In this document: piece by piece, positions 56,777-64,000 of the stretch
Layout of the letters: the number at the start of each line of letters is the position of its first letter
Numbering within the stretch: the stretch's first letter is position 1
NCBI GenBank assembly: GCA_965197905.1
Contig: CBDAOB010000005.1
Location: 2,048,001-2,112,000 of the forward strand
Source: Candidatus Latescibacterota bacterium
Lineage (GTDB): Bacteria > Latescibacterota > UBA2968 > UBA8231
Direction: 5' to 3'
Length of the DNA stretch: 64,000 bases
Notes under the pieces: generated by a model
The model's database searches: none
What the model saw: only the letters and a program-made list of their open reading frames with translations
Told to the model about the DNA's origin: nothing
Program-made: the position numbers and the translations under genes

Positions 56777-59143
56777 CTACGACTCACAATTCACTAGCAG
56801 CACCTCATGCAGTTCCACCTTGGGAACGATGACTACGGCAGGATCTCCCGTCGGCTCGAGAGAGATATCCTGCAGAGGCAACCGTGCAGACCTGACCCTG
56901 AAGTCATTGAACTGTATACGGACATCATGGACTGGGTTCACTTCCTGAAGCGCAAAAAAAGTGGTGACGTCCTCCCGCGTTCTGTCGCCATAGCTGTCGT
57001 CAAAAACGTCCAGAGGCAGCATGGGTGTAGGGTGGTTGAGGAGGTGCACCATCAACTCGCACGCCGCTCGTCTGGCGGCGGTCACCTCGATGGCCTGGGG
57101 CGCTTCGACCTCTAGGGGGGGCCTGTTCTTCTTAACCAGACTGGCGACGAAACGCTTGAGCGGCGGATAGGGAGTGTGTGCGTAGCCGGCCCCGACATTG
57201 CCGCTGACGTATATGGCCTGGCCCTTGCCGTAGCGATGAAGGGTCACCGCGGGTTCGGAGGAATCGTAATTCGAAGCGGGGTCGAAATCGTTCAGGGGTT
57301 TTCTTGCCCTTCGCCGGTTTTCCAAGGCGAACTCCCCCCTCAGACGGCTCCGGGTGCAGAGAAGCTCCACGTCGGCGCCCGCTCTAACAGCCACCCGTGA
57401 CTCTTCTGCGGCGAAGCAGATGACAGGGCCGAACTCCAAGGCGAACTCCCCCCTCAGACGGCTCCGGGTGCAGAGAAGCTCCACGTCGGCGCCCGCTCTA
57501 ACAGCCACCCGTGACTCTTCTGCGGCGAAGCAGATGACAGGGCCGAACTCTTGTTGGAGACCATCATCCTGGGGTACATAGACCACCCCTTGTATGCCCC
57601 CGGCGTCCCGCGTGCCCTTGTAGTCGAGTCCAAGAACAGCGCTTAGACCGAAATTGTCTCGCTGCCTCCCCCATTCGTCCAGCGTTGAGGTCTCGTGGGC
57701 GGCGATGAGGGTGCCGCCTTCACTGACATATTTGCCGATCTCCTCGCACTGGGCATCGGAAAGACAGGTACTGTCGGCGAGGAAAAGAACGGGATATGGG
57801 GACAGATGGTCGCGGGTGAGTTGCCCGTCCAGGACGATGTCGACCAGCAGGTGCGACCTGTTGAGCAGTTCATAGGCGCCCAGCACCTCCTTCTGCCCGA
57901 TCTCCATGTAGTGTTTCTTCAGGGTGTTATTTGGCCGTTCCGAGGGACGGAAGTCTCTGTTCTGCTGGGAGCTGTGGAGGGCCACATACTTGATCGTGTC
58001 GCCCTCGATGTAGTCCGCGCGTTTTTTCAATTCGGAGAACACCTGCTTCATCACGCCCTTGCCCAATTGTAGCGGCCCGGCGAAGTTGCCGAAGGCGGGA
58101 GCGCCTCCGTTCACCATGGCCGAGAGGCCGTGCATGAGTGCGGGGTAGGGCTCGGGACAGGGAGCGGAACCCGTGGCGCACTGGGAGAGCGTCTGGAAGG
58201 TGTTGCGCCAGATGCCGAAGGGGGTGCCCAGAGCCCTTCCGACTTTTCCTACGAAGCCGGTCTCACGCCGCGTGCGATGCGCTTCAATGAAGTAGTGACC
58301 TCCCACCTCGTTGAAACGAGGGGGATCGTGAGGATGGCCCTCGTCCCACATGGTGGTGGGTCGAGCATAATACTGGAAGTCCATAATGGCGGCCGGATGT
58401 TTCGCTTTGACGTGGCGGGTGAGGTAGAGCATGAAATCCACCACCTTCTCGTACCGCCAGTTGATGAACTGTCTGAAGTCGAATGAATCGAAGTCCACTA
58501 TCTTCGGGATCTGCAGCCCCGTTTCCTTGTGGAAGAGCTTCTCGCAATAGCTGCAGCAACAGCCGCGGTAGTGGGGCCTGCTGTCCCCGAGACAGGGCCG
58601 GTTGCCATCGAAGAAGAACCCGTCGATGTCCAGATTCTCCATACATTCGATGAGGTGGTCCGCCGTCCACTCGCGAAAGGGCGAATTGAGGCAGGGCCAT
58701 CCGATGTTCTCGATAGGAGGTCTGCCATCGTCCAGCGCTACGCTCAGCCATTCGGGATGGAGCTGTTTGAAGGGTAGCCGGGTTCGGGTGCCCCAATACG
58801 CTACGGCCAGGATGCCCTTGCGATGCAGCCTCTCCAGATAGAGGGGCAGGGGATCGCGGTCGATGGCGTGATGGGGTTCGAGCATCTTCGAGTGGAAGCG
58901 CGGGGGCCCTTTGTTGAAGACCACCGGCACTACCACCATCTCCACCCCTGCTTCACTCAAGATGTCGACCAGCTCGATAACGGGTTGGTCATCGAGCTCG
59001 GCAAGCGCCAATTCATCATGGGCCCAGGGCGGATAATACTCCAGACGGCACACCCGTTTTTCGTAGGGCAGCTCATGGAGTCTCTGGGCGATGGAGCCCA
59101 CTCGTTCCACCGCGCGTGGCGGTTCGTCTGCTACGGTGTGCAT
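56777..59143 (-). CDS. glycoside hydrolase-like protein (GHL6-like TIM barrel plus GH42-type trimerisation domain) with 38-aa internal duplication
   Basis: HPEW, CLNSPF, IDGFFFD, CCCSYC...F and L..YPVLFL...CLSD.....I..YV..GGTLIA..ETS..DEWG motifs. Confidence 0.78.
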   Translation of the reverse strand: MHTVADEPPRAVERVGSIAQRLHELPYEKRVCRLEYYPPWAHDELALAELDDQPVIELVDILSEAGVEMVVVPVVFNKGPPRFHSKMLEPHHAIDRDPLPLYLERLHRKGILAVAYWGTRTRLPFKQLHPEWLSVALDDGRPPIENIGWPCLNSPFREWTADHLIECMENLDIDGFFFDGNRPCLGDSRPHYRGCCCSYCEKLFHKETGLQIPKIVDFDSFDFRQFINWRYEKVVDFMLYLTRHVKAKHPAAIMDFQYYARPTTMWDEGHPHDPPRFNEVGGHYFIEAHRTRRETGFVGKVGRALGTPFGIWRNTFQTLSQCATGSAPCPEPYPALMHGLSAMVNGGAPAFGNFAGPLQLGKGVMKQVFSELKKRADYIEGDTIKYVALHSSQQNRDFRPSERPNNTLKKHYMEIGQKEVLGAYELLNRSHLLVDIVLDGQLTRDHLSPYPVLFLADSTCLSDAQCEEIGKYVSEGGTLIAAHETSTLDEWGRQRDNFGLSAVLGLDYKGTRDAGGIQGVVYVPQDDGLQQEFGPVICFAAEESRVAVRAGADVELLCTRSRLRGEFALEFGPVICFAAEESRVAVRAGADVELLCTRSRLRGEFALENRRRARKPLNDFDPASNYDSSEPAVTLHRYGKGQAIYVSGNVGAGYAHTPYPPLKRFVASLVKKNRPPLEVEAPQAIEVTAARRAACELMVHLLNHPTPMLPLDVFDDSYGDRTREDVTTFFALQEVNPVHDVRIQFNDFRVRSARLPLQDISLEPTGDPAVVIVPKVELHEVLLVNCES
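57321..57550. repeat. perfect 114-bp in-frame tandem duplication
   Basis: Units start at 57321 and 57435 and encode EFGPVICFAAEESRVAVRAGADVELLCTRSRLRGEFAL twice. Confidence 0.95.
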
Positions 59144-59188
59144 CGATTACTCTCCTGAAAACTGCATTTCGGGCACCGGTTCGCGGCG

Positions 59189-60580
59189 TTACGATCCGAG
59201 AACGGTGCGGGCAACTCGGAGAAAGTTGCCCCCCAGCATCTTTTCTATCGCGTCGTCCGCGTAGCCCCGCTGCACCAGCGCCACGGTTACCCAGTAGGGG
59301 AAATTGCAGCAGGCAAGGGCATGGGGTCCTGTATAGATCTTCCAGGCTGCTTCGGAGGGGTTGCCCATCCAGGCGTGCTGCTCACGGGTTTCGCGGGTCA
59401 GATTCCACGGGTTGGCACTGTTCCACTGCTTTGGTTTCGAGGCTTCGACGAGTTCGGGCGGTTCCAGGGCCATGCCGACATTGGCGTCCGTGCTGAAGCC
59501 GATGTGGTCGGTGCCGATCAGCTGGGCGGCGTGATCCACATGCCGCATGAACATCTCGACGCTGTTCTCCCCAATGAGGGTGCGAACACTGCAGATGCCC
59601 ACGACGCCGCCTTTTTCGGCCACGGCCTTCATGGTCTCGTCGGTGATGTTGCGACCACTGCAATAACCCGGGTGCACGGCCATGCAGCCCACGTGACTGA
59701 CGACGGGGGGCTGCTCGGAAGCCTGAACGGCGGCAAGGGCGGATTGGGGCGCGGAGTGGCTGGTATCCACGATGATACCGAGCGCGTTCATGCGCTGCAC
59801 GGCGTGGCGGCCCATATCCGTGAGGCCGCGTTCGGGTTCCCACTGCTTGCCGCCGAAATCACTGTGCCACAGCTGCGCCCAGCGGATGCCCAGGCCGTAA
59901 AGGACCTCCAGGTCATCCACCGGGGTGCCCGGTCCCTCCAGCAGGCGCCCCGCGTAGTGGTCGCGCGAAAGGGCGAGGTGACTGATGCGGCCGTCCGGCT
60001 TGCGGATTACTCCCGCGCCGGCCTGAGCGGCCTCGTGGGCGTGGTAGATGAGGCCGCGGCGGTTCTCCTTTTTCAGATGCTCGACCTGGTCTACATGCAC
60101 CACCTTTTCTATGCAGTCGATCTCGTCAAAGAGATAGACGCTTTGCGCCATTGCTGCGATGGTGTTGGGCTTGGTGGTGACGACCCCCAGGTTCACGCCG
60201 CTGGCTTGCTCGACGGCCCAGTAGTCCGTTCGTAGATCGGTGTTGCCAACCAGTTCGCGTGGCAAGAGGGTGGCGACCTCCTGTCGGATTTCACCGCAGG
60301 CCGCAAAGTCGTCCGCCCCGGTTTCGGACAGCCGGCGGCGAATGAATTCTTCCAGGGCTGGGGAATAGATCCCGCCGCCACCCATGCTGCCACCCATGAC
60401 ATCGCAGACGATCGAATGGCGGTGGAGGTCGAGCCCGCGTTCGATCTCCTGCTCCGAAGCCTGCAATTCAGCGAGAACCGCCTCGCGGCAGCGGCGCAAG
60501 TAGGTGCGTACCCGTTCGCTCGAGGCCAGCTCTTCCGGATTTCTAAGGGGATCTTTCATTGCAAGCTCTTTCGATAGCAT
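59189..60580 (-). CDS. M19 fold amidohydrolase, paralog 3
   Basis: IERGLDLH..SIVCD, GLTDMGR..MNALGIIVDTSH, SHVGC, HIGFSTD and KMLGGNF motifs. Confidence 0.88.
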   Translation of the reverse strand: MLSKELAMKDPLRNPEELASSERVRTYLRRCREAVLAELQASEQEIERGLDLHRHSIVCDVMGGSMGGGGIYSPALEEFIRRRLSETGADDFAACGEIRQEVATLLPRELVGNTDLRTDYWAVEQASGVNLGVVTTKPNTIAAMAQSVYLFDEIDCIEKVVHVDQVEHLKKENRRGLIYHAHEAAQAGAGVIRKPDGRISHLALSRDHYAGRLLEGPGTPVDDLEVLYGLGIRWAQLWHSDFGGKQWEPERGLTDMGRHAVQRMNALGIIVDTSHSAPQSALAAVQASEQPPVVSHVGCMAVHPGYCSGRNITDETMKAVAEKGGVVGICSVRTLIGENSVEMFMRHVDHAAQLIGTDHIGFSTDANVGMALEPPELVEASKPKQWNSANPWNLTRETREQHAWMGNPSEAAWKIYTGPHALACCNFPYWVTVALVQRGYADDAIEKMLGGNFLRVARTVLGS

Positions 60581-60632
60581 TCGGCCTCACGCCGACATTG
60601 ACGCCAATGATGTCTCCGCAACTCGAATGGGC

Positions 60633-63563
60633 CTATAGCAAACCGCCATACTGGGTGAAACCGATCAACGCGCGTACGAAGAACGTCCATTCATCGAAGT
60701 TGCCGGCTTTGCCGAACCGGTCGTCAAACTCCATCTGATCCTTATTGAACCCCACGATCGTGAACAGATCGTAGCCGAAATAGCTCGACCTGTTCGTCGC
60801 CGTAGCGGTCAACGTGCGCCGTTCAAAGCTTTGGTGCTCGCGCGCCCTGTCCTCAAATCGATAGGGCAGTGGACCCGAACCCTGCACCCCGGCTCGAAGC
60901 GTTGTGCGACGCATCAGCGGATAGGTCAGCTGCACTATCGGAATCAGTTCGAACTCGAAGCGCACGATTTGGTCCGCCTCCTGGTCGACGAAACGGAGGA
61001 AGAGGAATTTGGACTTCGGCTGCAGGCTCAGCTTGCCCAGATGCCAGGTGTAGTCGACCATGCTGACCCCGGTCCAATGATCCAGCCGCCGTTGACGCTG
61101 GAAAAGACCGTTGTGTAACCGGCCGCCTTGCTGCCAGTTGATCCGCAGGCGCAGCTTGTGCACAAGATTAAGCGTGGACCACGGGCGTAGTCTGGTCTCC
61201 AGGTAACTCTCGTTGACATAGCTGTCCTGGTAAAGCAGCGGATCGGGGCGCAGCTGGCCCAGATAAACGCGAGGCGAGTCGTAGACCCCATGTGAGATGT
61301 GGCGCCAGACGCCCAAATTGTGTCGCCCTTGCGCCAACATATTGTACTCGTCGGCGATATCGTCCTGCACCCGGCGCACGTGGTTTTCGAAATAGAGCCG
61401 CCTGAGGCCAGCTACCCCCTCCCGTCGATAGGTCAGCAGCCCGTAAGCGGAATGGTTGCGCCCGGTCCCGGCGATCTCCTCGACCGCATAGCGGCCCGCA
61501 CCCAGCGACCAGCGCTGCGTCAGATCTACCTGCGCGAATAGATGAAAGCCGCGCTGGTCCGGGTCGTAGGGATGGTCCACGTCCGGGTCGTCTTCGCGCT
61601 GATCGGGCTCGTCGTTGTTGTTGCGGTCCAGGCCGTAGACGTACTCGTTGGGTTCCACCGCGTACATCAGAAAGGGTTCGGTGTGATCGGGCAGACCGTT
61701 CCGGTTGCGGTTGGTGTCCGGAAAGCCGTCGTTGTCCTCATCCTGGTTCAAATAAACCCCATCCGAATCGATGCCCCCGACTTGGTTGTACGCAGAGCGG
61801 CCGAGAATGAGACCGATCTGTTTATCGGGAAAGGCATCGCCGTCCTCGTTGTCCTGCACCAGGTCCCAGTAGATCGTCTCGTTCGTCAACCCGTTGATCG
61901 TGCTGCGACGGTAGGTAACAGCCCTATCGTGGGGTACGAAACTCTGCATCGTGGTCTTGAAACCTGGATTCATGGCGAAGTACTCCGCGCCCAGGTTCCA
62001 GTGCCCGAACCAGCGGGTGGCATTGATGAAGTAAGCCGAGCCCCGATCCGCATAGCGCGGACTCCGACCGAAGACCGGCTCTCCCTGCAGCTGCGCCGGG
62101 TAGCGGCCGTACACCGCTGAACGCGCGTATTCGCCGCTGACCTCCAGACCGGCCAGCTGCAGATTCAGGTCGGCGCTGTAGGTGAAGATGGCCGTGCTCT
62201 CGCCCACATGAAAACGGACGCGCTTCAGGTTCGACAGGTCCTGCACATCGCCCGCGGCGCGCAGGACCGTGCGGTAATAAGTGCTTCTCAGACGCGTCTC
62301 GTAGGCCCCGCGTGAATTCTGCTCGGACAGGGTCGCCACCTCTACGCGGTAGTCATTGCCCACGACCGCCTCCACCTCCACCGATTCAACGTAGTGCTCC
62401 TGCGACACGTCGAAGAGGTAGACCAGTTGCTCTTCCCCATCTACGCGCTGAACGGCTTCCGGAGATTCCAGCACAAAATGCTCCACCAGCCCGCTCAGGT
62501 TGGTGTTCTTGCTCACATCGATTCCGGTTTCGTGGTCCAGGCGATAGAGGTAGTCGGCAAACGCGGGAAACTCTTCTCTCCCGCGGTAAAAAGGACGATA
62601 GCCCGGGTTTGGCTGGTAGTACGGCCGCGGCGTGAAGGCCCCGGTGCGCTGGGATATGGTCCCCACCTGGAAACTCACATCTGCCCGGTGCCGGATTGCC
62701 CCGCGGCTGAGATCCGGACGCGCCTCGCCGTTGACGATGAGCTGCACCTCTTGTACCACAGCCCCATCGCGACCATCGGCCGGAGCGTCGTCGGCAAAAC
62801 GCACGATGACCCACTCCGTCAGACGCTGCCTGGAACGCAGCGCCCCTTTGACGCTGTTGCCGGGCCGCGTGCTCTCATACACGTGCAGGTTCACGCCGTT
62901 CAAGCCCAGGCGAAGTGTCCCGAGGTCGGTCTCCAGACGACTGCCCAGCAGCAGGCTGGAGTCGGTGGCAAATATGGTGCCGTCGATGTAAAGCGGATCC
63001 TCGACACTGTACCAATCTCGAAGGAAGTGCGGCCGTTCTATGCGGGAACCCAGCGCGGTAAACTTCACATGGGGTACGGCCAGATCGAACCGCATCCCAT
63101 TGAAATCCACCATGGATAGGGTGAGCGGCGTGAAGCGCGCGATGAGCCCGTCGCCCACGAGGGCACTGTAGTTCCAGCTGCCGTAGCCATCTCGCCCCAT
63201 TACGAGGTAGCTCATGGCATCGTCCCAGGCCATTCGCTCCTTATAGATGGAGCTGCCCCATTCCAAGCTCGGCATACGCTGCTCCGTCCAGTTGTAGAGT
63301 TCATAGCCGGTGATGAGGTAATCCCCGGTCGAGCTGTAGTGAGCCAGGGGCGCATCGGTATAGGGAAAGGCGTGGTTCGGGAAGTTGCTGAAGTTCTGGA
63401 AAGCGTAGTTGCGATAGGCAGGTTGCTGGTGTCGCAGGAAGGTAGTTTGGGGAAGTACTTCGGGTATACCCACCTGGGCGTGTTCCTCGGCACTGCCTTC
63501 CGCCGTCCAGGCTACGAGCGCCGACATAATGAGTCTGCACCTACGGCGCGGCAGATATCTCAT
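60633..63563 (-). CDS. large secreted, probable outer-membrane protein with Asp/Asn-rich TSP3-like repeats
   Basis: Signal-like N-terminus, DNEDGDAFPD / DEDNDGFPDTNRNRNGLPD / DRNNNDEPD, and amphipathic aromatic-rich strands at the C-terminus. Confidence 0.75.
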   Translation of the reverse strand: MRYLPRRRCRLIMSALVAWTAEGSAEEHAQVGIPEVLPQTTFLRHQQPAYRNYAFQNFSNFPNHAFPYTDAPLAHYSSTGDYLITGYELYNWTEQRMPSLEWGSSIYKERMAWDDAMSYLVMGRDGYGSWNYSALVGDGLIARFTPLTLSMVDFNGMRFDLAVPHVKFTALGSRIERPHFLRDWYSVEDPLYIDGTIFATDSSLLLGSRLETDLGTLRLGLNGVNLHVYESTRPGNSVKGALRSRQRLTEWVIVRFADDAPADGRDGAVVQEVQLIVNGEARPDLSRGAIRHRADVSFQVGTISQRTGAFTPRPYYQPNPGYRPFYRGREEFPAFADYLYRLDHETGIDVSKNTNLSGLVEHFVLESPEAVQRVDGEEQLVYLFDVSQEHYVESVEVEAVVGNDYRVEVATLSEQNSRGAYETRLRSTYYRTVLRAAGDVQDLSNLKRVRFHVGESTAIFTYSADLNLQLAGLEVSGEYARSAVYGRYPAQLQGEPVFGRSPRYADRGSAYFINATRWFGHWNLGAEYFAMNPGFKTTMQSFVPHDRAVTYRRSTINGLTNETIYWDLVQDNEDGDAFPDKQIGLILGRSAYNQVGGIDSDGVYLNQDEDNDGFPDTNRNRNGLPDHTEPFLMYAVEPNEYVYGLDRNNNDEPDQREDDPDVDHPYDPDQRGFHLFAQVDLTQRWSLGAGRYAVEEIAGTGRNHSAYGLLTYRREGVAGLRRLYFENHVRRVQDDIADEYNMLAQGRHNLGVWRHISHGVYDSPRVYLGQLRPDPLLYQDSYVNESYLETRLRPWSTLNLVHKLRLRINWQQGGRLHNGLFQRQRRLDHWTGVSMVDYTWHLGKLSLQPKSKFLFLRFVDQEADQIVRFEFELIPIVQLTYPLMRRTTLRAGVQGSGPLPYRFEDRAREHQSFERRTLTATATNRSSYFGYDLFTIVGFNKDQMEFDDRFGKAGNFDEWTFFVRALIGFTQYGGLL

Positions 63564-63591
63564 TAACCCTATCCTTGTTCGGTTAGATCCT

Positions 63592-64000
63592 TCAGTGCCC
63601 GAGGATGCCCGGGGCGACCCGCATGAAGTTGCCGCCAATCATCTTTTGTATGTCGTCGTCCGAATAACCCCGCTGCACCAGCGCCACGGTCACGTTGTAG
63701 GGCCAGCAGCACTCGGAGAGGGCATGAGGCGCCGTGTAGATCTTCCAGTTCGCTTCGTTGGAATTTGCCATGTGGGCGTGCTGCGATTGGGTCTCCAAGG
63801 TGAGGTCCCACGGGTTGGCGGTATTCCACTGGTCCGGCGTGATGGCCTCGATCGTCTCGGGCAGTTCCAGGGCGAAGCCGGGACCGGCATCGCTGGCGAA
63901 GCCGATGTGGTCGGTGCCGATCAGCTGAGCGGCGTGATCCACGTGGCGCATGAACATTTCGATGCTGTTCTCCCCCAGCAGGGTAAAGATGCTGCAGATT
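63592..64000 (-). CDS. M19 fold amidohydrolase, paralog 4 (5' end truncated by window edge)
   Basis: MFMRHVDHAAQLIGTDHIGFASD and TVALVQRGYSDDDIQKMIGGNF. Closest to paralog 3. Confidence 0.85.
   Translation of the reverse strand, partial: ICSIFTLLGENSIEMFMRHVDHAAQLIGTDHIGFASDAGPGFALELPETIEAITPDQWNTANPWDLTLETQSQHAHMANSNEANWKIYTAPHALSECCWPYNVTVALVQRGYSDDDIQKMIGGNFMRVAPGILGH

Overview
A 64-kb window of GC-rich bacterial chromosome from a diderm. The gene families suggest the FCB superphylum, possibly Latescibacterota-like; this is inference only. Positions 1-50.3 kb are a mostly minus-strand backbone of housekeeping and metabolic genes (proS, thrS, malic enzyme, acetolactate synthase, glmS, dCMP deaminase, ssb, glcDF, pepA, M32 carboxypeptidase, dnaB, family-4 UDG, coaBC, archaeal-type cmk, yicC, an Omp85 gene cluster, dapF). 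From about 50.4 kb there is an accessory island that opens with a tyrosine-integrase remnant. It holds an LRR surface protein, a decayed ASPIC/FG-GAP gene, four divergent M19-fold amidohydrolase paralogs, a D-cysteine desulfhydrase-family enzyme, a GH-like protein with a perfect 114-bp internal duplication, and a ~980-aa secreted protein, probably outer-membrane. The strongest signals read directly from the sequence are: (1) a complete candidate ribosome-mediated Thr attenuator upstream of thrS, with promoter, Thr-containing leader peptide and mutually exclusive 1:2, 2:3 and 3:4 hairpins; (2) a 168-bp CTAG-bounded MITE whose terminal repeat supplies the glmS Shine-Dalgarno, plus a solo copy of the same end before the malic enzyme gene; (3) LexA-like boxes over a consensus promoter driving a small HTH gene and an atypical ssb; (4) an amidohydrolase-Rieske-flavin reductase cluster resembling TIM-barrel dinuclear monooxygenases. 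Two single-base frameshifts (a lipoprotein gene and glcD) may be sequencing errors. I saw no rRNA, tRNA or CRISPR array.
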